A stretch of DNA of 64,000 nucleotides, taken from NCBI GenBank assembly GCA_028718565.1, contig JAQULO010000002.1:7521-71520 (forward strand), read 5' to 3'. Positions 37,649 to 47,830 of the stretch are shown here, one piece after another. The notes beneath the pieces were generated by a model. The model made no database searches, had not been told where the DNA came from, and saw only the letters and a program-made list of their open reading frames with translations. Each line of letters opens with the position of its first letter. The stretch's first letter is position 1. This DNA comes from Syntrophales bacterium (GTDB lineage Bacteria; Desulfobacterota; Syntrophia; Syntrophales; UBA2210). The position numbers and the translations under genes are program-made.

Positions 37649-39922
37649 TCACTCTTCATGGGCCGAACCGGTCTCATCGTGGGAGGATTCGACAGGAGCG
37701 CATTTTGCAGTATGATCCTCTTCATCACCGTTCAGTTGAAGAAGTTCTCCTATAAAAATGCTTGAATTTTTTACAAAGAATACTACCGGCAGATCGCCGG
37801 CCAGATCCTCAAGCCGCTGAACATAAGCCGCTTCTTCCCCTTCCTTCGGTACGGCAAGACCGAATATAACGACTTCCGCCTCTGCGCTCTCTTTGTGAAT
37901 CATCTCACTAATACTCTTTCCCGGATCTTTCACAAAGGTCTTCGATTCAACCTTGATACGGATTTTCAGGAGCAGTTTTTCCAGGTAACGTTCGGTGGCC
38001 CTTTTCGCCATCTCGTTGGATGCGATGCTTAGGACCGTGATTCTGGCTTCATTCCACTCGGGGTTGAGTTTAAGCAGATATGCCAAAAGCAGCATCAGGT
38101 CGCCATTGTACTTGAGTCCCCCCCACCACACATGAATCGTCCGCTCCACCCCCTCGCGGGGGAAGAGATATCGGGGTTTGATTCGCCCGATGATGAAAGA
38201 TTTCTTCAACTTCTCCAAACGGCGCATGACCCCGAGAAAATCGATATAGAGTTGCCGGTCCTTCGGCCAGCCCACAAGTATGGTGTTGCTCTCAATTCCG
38301 GCGATGCCATTTGCCTGCGAAACGTCGGTGATGCCCTCAACGATATTGTCCACCAGATTGAAATCGGCGAAGACGGAAAGCCCCTCATCGTCGAGCAGCT
38401 TCTGGATTTCTTCATGTTTTGCGACTATATCTATGTCATCGTGAAGAAGATCCCCTACCATGAGATGGCAAACGGTGACCACGCCACGCTCCTGGCTGAA
38501 CCAGTTGCCGAACCGGACCAGGTCAAGGTGAGAGACAGGATCGGAGACGAACACCAGGATATGGGGCCGCCAGTTGCGCGAGCTCATGGGACGGCGGGCC
38601 AGGCGGAGGAGCGCCCATCGTACCAGCGATTCGTATATCCCCCGCCGGGCATCCCCCCACCGTGTCGTGCTACGCCGCTTCGAGAGAAGAAGCCAGATGA
38701 CGATCTCAAAGGCGATGGCAATGAGGCCGGCCATGGGATTGACAAGAAAAATCACACCCAGACAGGCGATGCCCCCGGCAAGGTTCACGGTCCAGGGGAC
38801 CTTCAACTTGGGCCGCCAGGAGGTGTCGCCGCTCAAGGTCTCCAGGGCGGCCACGATATTGATCATTCCGTAGGTGGTAAGAAAAAAAACCGTCACCACC
38901 GTCGCCACGGTGTTCAGATTGCCTAGAAAGACTGCCCCCAAGGCGATAATCAGGGAAAGAATCAAACCGGGAAGGAGCTCCTTCTGGTCGCCCGTCTGCC
39001 CCCGCCCACGAAACCTCGGGGGCAGATGGTCCTTCGCCATAGCCTGGAGTGTCCGGGGCGCTCCCAGCATTGAACCCACGGCTGAAGAAAAGATCGCCCC
39101 CCAGAGCCCCGGGAGAATCAACCATGCCCCCAGAGGCGCTATCTTGGTCCATATCAACACATTGTTCCGAAGCTCCGTGCCTGTAACACCGACAAAGAGC
39201 AGAATGGGTACGGTAAGGTAGATTGCAAACCCTACCAGAACGGCGGTAAGTGCGCCGATGGGAATAGACCGGCCCGGATTTTGCAAATCTCCCGAAAGGC
39301 CCAACCCGGCCATGACCCCGGTGACGGCCGGAAAAAATATGGCAAATCCCATCCAGAAACTCACGTCACCGGAATGATAGTCCAGGGGGAAGGGTTTGCC
39401 CCAGCCGTGGTTGAGGGTGCCCAGGGCAAGCGCCATCAGCGAAAGGGCAATCAATACCATGATGGGTATCTGAACCTTCAGGGCGAGCCTTGCCCCGGCC
39501 ATGGATATAAGACCCACGGCGATAATTATGATGCACGTGGCCGTCTGGAGAGGAATATCGGGCCAGACAAACCGGAGAGATTCGGCAAGACCGAAGGCAT
39601 AGAGGGTGACTGAAAACACCTGCGACAAAAAGAGTGGCAGGCCGATGGCGCCCCCGATCTCGAGCCCCAGGCTTCGCGATATGATGTAGTAGGCACCGCC
39701 CCCTCCCACTCGAGTATTTGTCGCCACGGACGAAAATGACATCGTGGTGATCAGGGTGATGGTGTTCGCCAGAATAACGACGATAATTATCCGATAGAGT
39801 CCCAGATGTCCCACGAGCCAGCCGATTCGCAGGTACATGATGACACCGAGAATCGTCAGAATGGTGGGGGTGAAGACACCCAGAAAGGTTCCCAATTTGT
39901 GCGCAGGGAGAGGATTGTTCAT
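37649..39922 (-). CDS. APC-superfamily transporter resembling cation:chloride cotransporters (SLC12-like) with a large cytoplasmic C-terminal domain
   Basis: A 757-aa protein. The N-terminus LGTFLGVFTPTILTILGVIMYLRIGWLVGHLGL resembles the SLC12 signature. It has about 12 TM segments plus a roughly 300-aa soluble tail. Confidence 0.7.
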   Translation of the reverse strand: MNNPLPAHKLGTFLGVFTPTILTILGVIMYLRIGWLVGHLGLYRIIIVVILANTITLITTMSFSSVATNTRVGGGGAYYIISRSLGLEIGGAIGLPLFLSQVFSVTLYAFGLAESLRFVWPDIPLQTATCIIIIAVGLISMAGARLALKVQIPIMVLIALSLMALALGTLNHGWGKPFPLDYHSGDVSFWMGFAIFFPAVTGVMAGLGLSGDLQNPGRSIPIGALTAVLVGFAIYLTVPILLFVGVTGTELRNNVLIWTKIAPLGAWLILPGLWGAIFSSAVGSMLGAPRTLQAMAKDHLPPRFRGRGQTGDQKELLPGLILSLIIALGAVFLGNLNTVATVVTVFFLTTYGMINIVAALETLSGDTSWRPKLKVPWTVNLAGGIACLGVIFLVNPMAGLIAIAFEIVIWLLLSKRRSTTRWGDARRGIYESLVRWALLRLARRPMSSRNWRPHILVFVSDPVSHLDLVRFGNWFSQERGVVTVCHLMVGDLLHDDIDIVAKHEEIQKLLDDEGLSVFADFNLVDNIVEGITDVSQANGIAGIESNTILVGWPKDRQLYIDFLGVMRRLEKLKKSFIIGRIKPRYLFPREGVERTIHVWWGGLKYNGDLMLLLAYLLKLNPEWNEARITVLSIASNEMAKRATERYLEKLLLKIRIKVESKTFVKDPGKSISEMIHKESAEAEVVIFGLAVPKEGEEAAYVQRLEDLAGDLPVVFFVKNSSIFIGELLQLNGDEEDHTAKCAPVESSHDETGSAHEE

Positions 39923-40261
39923 GGCATTGACGGCTTCTTCACGCAGCCTTCCGACAGTGGTAATCTTTAGCGAACAGTAACATCGCGTCGAGAGTTCGGC
40001 TCACAAGATACTTCTCTTTACGGAGGGAGTCAATTTCTTTCTGTGAGATTTACCCCCAAATTTCACGCTTTCCAGTCTTATTATTCGATCAATATATTGT
40101 ATTCAATGTTGACAACCTCCACAACATATTGTATGAGTTCACGAATAGTTCCTTAGATTTTGTGCGATGTGCCGCAGGCGGATCGTACGCTGTGTACCAC
40201 TAGCCATCTCGTAATTAACTAATTGGAAACGCTCGGTATCGTACTGAAAAAGGAACGCCGG

Positions 40262-41059
40262 ATGAACAGAAGAGACTTCTTGTGTAAAAGCGCCTACTTG
40301 CTTGGAGGAAGCCTGCTTGGTGTAAACAGTTTTTCGAAGGCGTTTGCCTACGCGGGGCAGGGAGAGGACTCTCTTATCCATCCGAGGATAGTCCCCAGGC
40401 CGAGGATCGCCCTGATTATCGATGATATCGGTTACAGTATCCCACGCGCGAGGCAGTTTCTCAGTCTGAATGTCCCCATCACCTATTCCATCCTGCCGCG
40501 AGTCCCTTTTTCACGGGAGTTGTCTCATGAGATTAGCGACCGCGGGCATGATGTGATGCTGCACCAACCCATGCAGCCGTACGACTCAACCCTCGATCCG
40601 GGTCCCGGGGCCCTCTACGAAGGGGATAATCCCTCCAGGATCAGCGGGGTTATTGAAGAAAACATATCCGAGGTTCCCCTCGCGATCGGTGTGAACAACC
40701 ATATGGGTTCGCGGTTCACCGAGTGCCAGAGGGAGATACATGAGGCTCTACAGGTCATCAAGAACAACGCCCTCTTTTTTGTCGACAGTAGAACGTCAAA
40801 TAATTCCAAAGCATTCAGAACTGCCAGGAGCCTGCACCTGACGTCCGACCGGAGAAACGTGTTCCTCGATACCATCCGTAACGAATCAACCATTCTCTTC
40901 CGGCTTCATCAGTTGAAACGATGTGCGTGGGAATATGGGCATGCGATCGGCATCGGGCATCCCTTTCCGGAGACCGCGCAGGCCATCGAATATTTCCTGA
41001 GGGATCCGAGTGTTTCGGACATCTCTTTTGTTCACATATCCAAGATCATGTACGCTTAG
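40262..41059 (+). CDS. divergent polysaccharide deacetylase (YibQ-like) family protein
   Basis: Has a Tat-like N-terminus (MNRRDFL) and ALIIDDIGYS, PITYSILP and HDVMLHQPM motifs. The start was trimmed from the TTG at 40223. Confidence 0.7.
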   Translation: MNRRDFLCKSAYLLGGSLLGVNSFSKAFAYAGQGEDSLIHPRIVPRPRIALIIDDIGYSIPRARQFLSLNVPITYSILPRVPFSRELSHEISDRGHDVMLHQPMQPYDSTLDPGPGALYEGDNPSRISGVIEENISEVPLAIGVNNHMGSRFTECQREIHEALQVIKNNALFFVDSRTSNNSKAFRTARSLHLTSDRRNVFLDTIRNESTILFRLHQLKRCAWEYGHAIGIGHPFPETAQAIEYFLRDPSVSDISFVHISKIMYA

Positions 41060-41441
41060 TCCCCTCTGACAGTAGTGATGCCTTCCTGGTTCATCCGGTC
41101 TGGGTATTCTTGTCTGAAAAGGCTTTTTTCCTGCAACAGAGGGAATCAATCGGGATTGGGTTTTTGTATATTTCTTTTGGGTATCAGGAAACGCACTGTT
41201 AACCGGCACGCAGCTCGGGACTTACCGGTGAGCGACTCCGGCGTGTTGCCATTCAGGAATATCTGACGGTAGCCGTTCAAAAACATATGATACGTTCAAG
41301 ATCAATAAAATACGCCAAACAACTGACCCCATTATGCTATCTTGTCAAGAAATATTACAGTTAGGCTTTCGAACGGCAATAATCTATTGTCTGCAGAAAC
41401 GCTTATCAGGAGTTGTGGCGAAAACAGTGACGGAAAAACAA

Positions 41442-42152
41442 TTAGTCTCTGCTGAAACGGACACTACAGATGTAGCTTTCCGCCTCGCTTTTCGTGTTTT
41501 GGGAATTGATGTAGAAGGAAATACTCTTTATGTCGCGTGGCTGTCCACCCTCGATATCGGGAAACAGTTTTCGGTAATCTTCTTCCAGGTTTCTTTTTTC
41601 ACTGAACCACGTATTCAAAGCGTCTTCCCTGTTTCTGAGGACGACGTACCGTACCTTGTCCGCGAAGGGCTGTGAGCTTGTTACGACGGTGTCCTTCGGA
41701 CATTTCACCCCCCAGATATATCCTATGACAGGGGTGTTCAGCTTCGCGGGCCAGCCGGTGGCATCGAAGGCAACGTATATCTGAATAGCCTGATCATCGG
41801 TATCGGCCTTTCTGACATCCGCTCCATCAGGGAGGCGCGTCACCTTCCATTCCCAACTCAGAAAGGGATATTCTCCTGCTTTCAGGTCAAGATCCTTTGT
41901 TATTCCGAAAGCGGACTGGCTGTCGCTCTTCATGTGCAGGACATATCTGTCATCCTTCCTCTCAAGGGCAAGGTTCGGAGTCCCCTTCCTATCCAACAGT
42001 TCCCATCCTGACGGGGCACCTTTTTTCATTTCTCCTGAGTCAAAACCCGCAACGGTCAAGCCCCCGTTTCCACCGGCGATCCCGGTCCCCGGCAGAACAA
42101 AAACAAAAGCCAGCATACATGAGAATATCAGAGAAAATTTGACGAGCTTCAT
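41442..42152 (-). CDS. secreted DUF3047-like protein
   Basis: Has a signal peptide and LSWEWKVTRLPDGADVRKADTDDQAIQIYVAF, which resembles the DUF3047 core (from memory). Confidence 0.55.
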   Translation of the reverse strand: MKLVKFSLIFSCMLAFVFVLPGTGIAGGNGGLTVAGFDSGEMKKGAPSGWELLDRKGTPNLALERKDDRYVLHMKSDSQSAFGITKDLDLKAGEYPFLSWEWKVTRLPDGADVRKADTDDQAIQIYVAFDATGWPAKLNTPVIGYIWGVKCPKDTVVTSSQPFADKVRYVVLRNREDALNTWFSEKRNLEEDYRKLFPDIEGGQPRDIKSISFYINSQNTKSEAESYICSVRFSRD

Positions 42153-42742
42153 CTCTTATCCTCCCGTTCGTGAAGGCGCATTATGTCGGTCCGCGTAAAG
42201 ATGGACTCGACCCTCTTTACCTGTTTCTCTATGTTTTCCCTCCCCTGCTCCTCTTCACGGTCAATCAGCGTTATTACACGATCCACGATCAGTCCGGCCT
42301 CCCGGGCCCTTTCAATGGCAATGAGGGTGGATTTTCCTGTGGTAATCACATCGTCCAGAATAGCCACCCTTTCCCCTTCTCGGACATTTCCCTCTACCAT
42401 GCTGCGCGTACCATGTCCCTTGACATCCTTTCTTACTATGAAGGCCTTGATGGGGTGGTTTCTCTGGTATGATATCACGGAAACGGCGTTGGCCATCGGG
42501 TCCGCCCCCAGAGTCAGTCCTCCAATTGCGGAAATATCTGAGTCTTCAAGCATGTCAAAGATAATGTTCCCTATCAGGTTCATCCCTTCCGGATCGAGGG
42601 TTGTGGGCTTACAATTGAAATAAAAGTTGCTCTGTTTCCCGGAGGCCAACGTAAACGGCGGATCATCACTGTAGCGGAAGGTGTGTTCCACTATCATCTG
42701 TGCCAGTCGTGCTCTCATTTCGCTATGGTTCATCCTAGACAA
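42149..42742 (-). CDS. pyrE: orotate phosphoribosyltransferase
   Basis: Contains FTLASGKQSNFYFNCK and the PRPP motif VAILDDVITTGKST. Confidence 0.9.
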   Translation of the reverse strand: MSRMNHSEMRARLAQMIVEHTFRYSDDPPFTLASGKQSNFYFNCKPTTLDPEGMNLIGNIIFDMLEDSDISAIGGLTLGADPMANAVSVISYQRNHPIKAFIVRKDVKGHGTRSMVEGNVREGERVAILDDVITTGKSTLIAIERAREAGLIVDRVITLIDREEEQGRENIEKQVKRVESIFTRTDIMRLHEREDKR

Positions 42743-42748
42743 TTCTCC

Positions 42749-43708
42749 CTATTCTGTCTGCTGCTTCTCCACTTTTTCTTTAGTCCCCTGCACCCTCTTC
42801 ATGATATAATCCGGGGCCAAGAACTCAGTCTCGCGGTATTCCGCTACGGCCATATCAGTCCAACCCTTTTTATCATAGTACAGACCCAATGTGAAATGTG
42901 TCTCCGGGTTGCCGGGCTCTATCTCCAGCGCCTTCTCCATCTGCCGTATTGCCTGATCAAGATTGCCCATACCATAATAGGCCTTGCCAAGATAAAAGCG
43001 TGTATCGCGATTGAAGAGATTGACTCTGAGCGCAATCAGCAGGATATCCCGCGCCTTGTTAAACTCCTTTCGATTGATATACGCTACCCCCAAACCTACA
43101 ACGATACGTTCATCATAAGGCCGTATCTTCCGCGCCTTAAGGTAGTAAAGGACTGCCCTCTTGAAATCCCCTTTCCTGGCATAACACACGGCAAGGTTGG
43201 AAAGCGCGTCGAAATAACCCGGGCGTATCCTTATGGCCCCTTCATATTCCCTTATGGCCCCGTCTATATCCCCCTTTATGGCACATATCCTGCCGAGAAA
43301 AAATTGGTCTTTGCTGCCCGTGGGACACACCTCTACGGCCTCACGGTAATAACGTACGGCCTCTACGCTCTTTCCCCTCCTAAAGAAAGCCTCGCCAAGC
43401 CCCGCATATGCCGCATAGTACTGTGGGTCGATCTTGATTGCCTCTCTGTAGTGGGTGATGGCCTCATCTCCGGATTCTTTCAGACTGTATGTCTCCGCCA
43501 GCTTATAATGGTAATCGGCAATTTTGGGGCTGATCTCGATAGCTTTCTTGTAGTTCTCAATCGCCCTGTCATACTTTTTTTTGTCGAAATAGCCGTTCCC
43601 TTGGATGTAATAGGTTCTTGACGATGCGCAATATGCCTGCAGTGTTGAAAACAGGAGCACACACAAAACCGGCACAACAACCTTTAAGACGGTCCCTCTC
43701 ATAGACAA
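42749..43708 (-). CDS. TPR-repeat protein with signal peptide
   Basis: A 319-aa protein with repeated A..YY..A....P motifs. It lies downstream of tonB. Confidence 0.75.
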   Translation of the reverse strand: MSMRGTVLKVVVPVLCVLLFSTLQAYCASSRTYYIQGNGYFDKKKYDRAIENYKKAIEISPKIADYHYKLAETYSLKESGDEAITHYREAIKIDPQYYAAYAGLGEAFFRRGKSVEAVRYYREAVEVCPTGSKDQFFLGRICAIKGDIDGAIREYEGAIRIRPGYFDALSNLAVCYARKGDFKRAVLYYLKARKIRPYDERIVVGLGVAYINRKEFNKARDILLIALRVNLFNRDTRFYLGKAYYGMGNLDQAIRQMEKALEIEPGNPETHFTLGLYYDKKGWTDMAVAEYRETEFLAPDYIMKRVQGTKEKVEKQQTE

Positions 43709-43730
43709 GAACTCTCTCTTTTTAGAAAAG

Positions 43731-44393
43731 CTACGGGCGTCTTAGCACAAATCGGATGGGAATATCCACTGATAGCGGAACGAAACCCCCCATCCGCCGC
43801 GCGGGTTCGAACTCCCATGCCGCGACCGCCTTCATGGCGGCGCGGTCCAGAATCGGATGCCCCGAGGACCCCTTTACCTTTAACGCAGCCACCGTGCCAT
43901 CAACCGATATCATCACGGAGAGGAGGACCTCTCCCTGATAGCCCCTCCTGCGCGCAAATTCCGGATATTTCGGAGGTGGGCTGCTTTTGTAACAGGGTAT
44001 GACGGGCTCTGACACCATTTTTTCAGCCGGTGTTCCCGTACCCGGCTCCGCCTGGAAGGGCGTCGGGGCCTCAGATATCTCTACGGGTTCATCCTTTGGG
44101 AGGGCATCAAGCTCCCCTCCTCCTTCGACCGGGATATCTGCCTTCTTTTCCACTCTCTTTTCTAACGTCACCCCTTTCCGGTCATATGCCTTCTTGTCTT
44201 CTTCCTCTTTTGCTTCATGCTCCGCAGCCTCAAACACCTCCGAGTTTCTCTTATATTCAGAGATCGTGGATATTTCAAGGGTCCTGTTCTCGGAAAGGAG
44301 ACGTGTTTGAAGCGTAGGAATGTGCACCAAGGCGACACTGCAGTGGAGAACAACAGCAAAAACAGCTGCAATTACAAGATCTCTTCCCGGCAT
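43731..44393 (-). CDS. tonB: TonB-family energy transducer
   Basis: Has an N-terminal TM segment, a Pro/Glu-rich linker, and a C-terminal YPEFARRRGYQGEVLLSVMISVDGTV domain. Confidence 0.85.
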   Translation of the reverse strand: MPGRDLVIAAVFAVVLHCSVALVHIPTLQTRLLSENRTLEISTISEYKRNSEVFEAAEHEAKEEEDKKAYDRKGVTLEKRVEKKADIPVEGGGELDALPKDEPVEISEAPTPFQAEPGTGTPAEKMVSEPVIPCYKSSPPPKYPEFARRRGYQGEVLLSVMISVDGTVAALKVKGSSGHPILDRAAMKAVAAWEFEPARRMGGFVPLSVDIPIRFVLRRP

Positions 44394-44413
44394 TATTGAC
44401 GGTCCCGCACAAC

Positions 44414-44851
44414 TTATTTTGATACGGTTCCTCCTCCTTGTTTGTTAGCCTCCGTCTTTAGTGACAGCCCGGAAATGCCGGCTTTCTTCACCGCATCTAT
44501 GACCGACATGACCGATTCGTACGAGGCCTCCCGGTCACCAGAGACAATAATCCGTGTTCCCGGTGATTCCAGTTGGAGAAGGGCAAGGCGTGAAAGGAGG
44601 TCTTGGGCATCCATTTCCTCCCTGTCGAAAAACACCGTTCCATCTTTTTTAATGGTGATCTCTGGAATGTCTTCGTCTTCTACCTGCGAGGAGGACGTGA
44701 CCGGAAGGTTGACGGCGATTCCCCTGTTTATAGTCATCGACATCGAGAAGAATATAAATGCCACGAGGAGGAGAAAGATCACATCGATCAGCGGTATCAT
44801 CTCGATCCGGGCCTTGTTCAACTGTCTTCTTGGAATCTTCATCAGTTTCAC
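44414..44851 (-). CDS. exbD: ExbD/TolR biopolymer transport protein
   Basis: Has an IPLIDVIFLLLVAFIF TM segment and a typical ExbD length of 145 aa. Confidence 0.88.
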   Translation of the reverse strand: MKLMKIPRRQLNKARIEMIPLIDVIFLLLVAFIFFSMSMTINRGIAVNLPVTSSSQVEDEDIPEITIKKDGTVFFDREEMDAQDLLSRLALLQLESPGTRIIVSGDREASYESVMSVIDAVKKAGISGLSLKTEANKQGGGTVSK

Positions 44852-44899
44852 CGATCAAGTTGTTTCGGCATTCGCCCTCCGGTCCGAATCCGGCTCGGC

Positions 44900-45529
44900 T
44901 CAACCCACCCCGTTTTGTATTTCTCCCTGTCTCCGGGCCTTTTCAAAGAGTATTTCCAGAGTGGTCCCGTACTTCTCCATCTCATGAGTAGTCTTCTCGA
45001 TCCTGGACAGAAAATAGTTGTACGGTATGAGACTGAAGATCGCTATGGCAAGGCCGAAGGCGGTGGTGAGAAGGGCCTGCCCGATTCCCGCCGTAATTAT
45101 CTCGGGATTCTCCACACCCGCAGTCCCCAGCATATTGAACGAATATATGATGCCCGTCACGGTCCCCAGAATGCCGAGAAGGGGTGCGAGGGTTATCATC
45201 GTATCAAGGGTGGGGAGATACCTCCTCATCCGCGCGACCTCTTCATCGGCGCTCATCCGGAGAGCGTCCTTCAATGAGAATTCCCGATGGACGATACCGC
45301 ATACCAGGACGCGGATGGTGGAATCATGACAGTCCGCAACCAGCCTCCGGGCCTCCTCAAGATCACCTTTCTCGATAAGAGACATAAAGTGGCCCAGCAG
45401 TCTTCCATCACTCATCTTCTTCTCCCGTACCCAGAAAATAGTCCTCTCTATGACAATGGTAAGGGATACCAGAGAACAGAAGAGGAGCGGGTACATGACC
45501 GGCCCTCCCTGATAAAAGTAATCCATCAT
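44900..45529 (-). CDS. exbB: MotA/TolQ/ExbB proton channel protein
   Basis: Contains LAPLLGILGTVTGII and LLTTAFGLAIAI motifs. Confidence 0.88.
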   Translation of the reverse strand: MMDYFYQGGPVMYPLLFCSLVSLTIVIERTIFWVREKKMSDGRLLGHFMSLIEKGDLEEARRLVADCHDSTIRVLVCGIVHREFSLKDALRMSADEEVARMRRYLPTLDTMITLAPLLGILGTVTGIIYSFNMLGTAGVENPEIITAGIGQALLTTAFGLAIAIFSLIPYNYFLSRIEKTTHEMEKYGTTLEILFEKARRQGEIQNGVG

Positions 45530-45544
45530 AACAATAAATCCTTT

Positions 45545-46480
45545 CTACTGTTTCTTCAATAAAACCTCCGGATGAATGATCATGGCCATTTTCTCCAGTC
45601 CATCCACAATCCGGGGTGATGCATGATCGATCAGGTCCGTATCTATGATATAAATCCTGTCGTCCCTTACCGCAGGAATGACCTCCCATTTTTTCCACCC
45701 GTCCCTGACTGTGGGGAAATCCCCCCCTCTCCGCATAGACGAAACAATAATGATGACAGGTTTTCTGACAATTATATCCTCTATGCTGCACCGGGGATAA
45801 CGCGTCGCGGTCTCCCCCTAAATATTCACCCCGTCGGCACGTTGTATCAATTCATTGTGGAGGGTATTCATGCCAGCGGTAATGACCGGATTGATCCCTA
45901 TCTGGAAAAACACCTGCGGTTTTTTCAGGCCATTCAGGGATGAGATGATACGCTCCACCCTCTTTTGCAGACCGTCAACCAGGGTTGTTGCCTCATTCTC
46001 CCTGCCCGTTATCGTGCCGATACTCAAGATCATATGAAATATCTCTGAAAGGTTGCCCGGATTAACAACATAAACGGGAAGGCCCATTCCCTCCAGTTGT
46101 TTCACTGTTTCCTTCCTATTGCCATCAGCAGTCCCTATAACCAGATCGGGATTCAGAGAGACGACCCGTTCAAGGGATATGTTGATAAAATTGCCCACCC
46201 TCGGTTTCGACTTGGCAGCCTCGGGGTAGTTGCTCATCATGGTCACTCCCACGATCTCCCTGTCCAGCCCAAGGGCAAAGAGCGTCTCCGTTATACTGGG
46301 CGCGAGTGAAACGATCCTCCGGGGAGGGGAAGGGATGTTGACTCGCCTCCCTGCCTTGTCGATGTACACCTCGGCGGCGGCTGTCGTCAGGAAAGAGAAT
46401 GCCACCAGGATAAGTACCGGAAGAAATATTCTGAGGCTGTGACTCAGTATGTCAAGTTTCATCGATCCAAAGATAGGCAT
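45545..46480 (-). pseudogene. BtuF/FecB-like periplasmic corrinoid/siderophore-binding protein interrupted by one in-frame TAG (45818..45820)
   Basis: ORFs 45818..46480 and 45545..45736 are in the same frame. My translation of the 81-nt gap has no further stop: ...RADGVNI*GETATRYPRCSIEDIIVRKPVIIIVSSMRRGGDF... Both halves look like class III SBPs (RIVSLAPSITETLFALG; IPAVRDDRIYIIDTDLIDHASPRI). Confidence 0.75.
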
Positions 46481-46486
46481 TGTGCA

Positions 46487-47107
46487 TCAATCCCCGTCAA
46501 ATAATCGCCTATTGACCAGTCTGATAACGGCATGATCGGGAAGATAATCAATAATATTCATGCAACCGTAATCCTGCTCAATCGAATAGAGATGATCAAA
46601 ATCGAGCCCCATGGCATCCGCAAGGATTACACGATTGACCCCTCCGTGGGCCACCAGGACAACATTTTCCCCATCGTGGGCGCCGAGGATTTTCCTGAGA
46701 GCGGGGATGACTCTCCCCGCAAGATCACGGATGCTCTCCCCCCCCGGTATCCTGTATTCGGCCCCTTGCTCTCTCCACGCATCAAAGGCACCGGGAAACC
46801 CCTCCTCCACACCATCCGCATCTAACCCCTCCCACAGCTTGACATCGAGCTCCCTGAGGGCGGGGAGGGATTGGGGTACCAGGCCATCATGCCGTGCCGC
46901 AATAATATCGGCCCCTCTTTGTGTCCTGATCAGGTCGCTGCAATACACTCCCGCCAGAACCTCACCACTGAGCCTGGCCGCAATCGCCTCCATCTGTCTA
47001 ACGCCATATGCGGTTATATCCACATCCTTATGGCCATTATAGGTTCCCCCTGAAAAGTTGGATACCTGCCCATGCCGTATCAGGTATAATCTCGTTGGTG
47101 TATCCAA
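46487..47107 (-). CDS. cobC: histidine phosphatase family protein, probable alpha-ribazole phosphatase
   Basis: Contains the LYLIRHGQ catalytic motif and a later VAHGG. It lies directly downstream of a cobS remnant. Confidence 0.65.
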   Translation of the reverse strand: MDTPTRLYLIRHGQVSNFSGGTYNGHKDVDITAYGVRQMEAIAARLSGEVLAGVYCSDLIRTQRGADIIAARHDGLVPQSLPALRELDVKLWEGLDADGVEEGFPGAFDAWREQGAEYRIPGGESIRDLAGRVIPALRKILGAHDGENVVLVAHGGVNRVILADAMGLDFDHLYSIEQDYGCMNIIDYLPDHAVIRLVNRRLFDGD

Positions 47108-47135
47108 AACCCGCTCCTATCATTTTACGGTTCGA

Positions 47136-47290
47136 TTACGCAAAAAGCGCGCGGGCCATGATCAGAGCAACCGTTTCGCTCGTCTCAAAGGCCGCGCCCA
47201 TAATATCCCCCGTTACCCCCACAACCCGTTTCTTGAAGAACATGCCGAAAAGGGCCGAAGGCACCGGCGGTGGCCAGAAAGAGCCGCTTC
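47136..47290 (-). pseudogene. cobS: 3' remnant of adenosylcobinamide-GDP ribazoletransferase (cobalamin synthase)
   Basis: Own translation ends ...FGMFFKKRVVGVTGDIMGAAFETSETVALIMARALFA*, matching the CobS C-terminal GGxTGDxxGA box. The TM helix just upstream (LFLATAGAFGPF) is in another frame, and nothing CobS-like lies further upstream. Confidence 0.6.
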
Positions 47291-47659
47291 CCCATTGAGA
47301 TTCCCTGATTTCACCATACTGTTACCATTTAATATACAAGGTGCACGATGCCGGAATGAGGGGTGCGGGTCGAAGGATATTTCTAATGTCACTGCTTACC
47401 AAGGCGATATGCCATGACAAGTTGATATTGGATGAATCTTCCAACAAATTTGCCCCAGTTCTGTTATCAGAAAAACACAAGTACTCTAATGGCGATAGGA
47501 ATAGATGTCAACATCAAAAAACTCTAAATTGCTGGATGAACCAAGTGAAATTATAGATTTAGGGGGTCAACTGAGTTACACAGCACAGCCTCAGCAATAG
47601 AATAGGCTGCCGCCCTTTAGCCATCAAGAGTGTAATCCTGATTCCTGATTTTCCAGTAT

Positions 47660-47830
47660 TCATTCAAACAGGTCAGAAGGGGTTTCTGTTCTTCCAAAAA
47701 TAAATTCGCCTTCCATCTTTTTGTAGATTAGCAACCAGTCCGGGCCGATGTGGCATTCTCGCCTACCCTTAATGTAAGCGGCGCAAATTTTGACGTTACT
47801 GAAGACAGACAATATCTCGAATGGTAATGT
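47660..47830 (-). pseudogene. remnant of a YafQ/RelE-family toxin gene
   Basis: Own translation gives ...KGRRECHIGPDWLLIYKKMEGEFIFGRTETPSDLFE*, which resembles the YafQ C-terminus (GYRDAHVEPDWILIYK...RTGTHAALF). The N-terminal half is missing or out of frame and there is no start codon. Confidence 0.45.
47717..47771. repeat. 55-nt dispersed repeat, copy A (within the toxin remnant)
   Basis: 47 of 55 nt are identical to 54883..54937 (CTTTTTGTAGA...GTCCGGG.CGATGTGGCATTCTCGCCT..CCTTA), aligned by eye. Confidence 0.8.

Noticed and set aside
45818-45820. The TAG in the btuF-like gene read as pyrrolysine.
   Set aside because: No pyl genes or methylamine methyltransferases are in the window, the gene family is not known to use Pyl, and the aligned position is an ordinary aromatic residue. 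A nonsense mutation or a sequencing error is far more likely. It is kept only as something to exclude by a pylTSBCD search.
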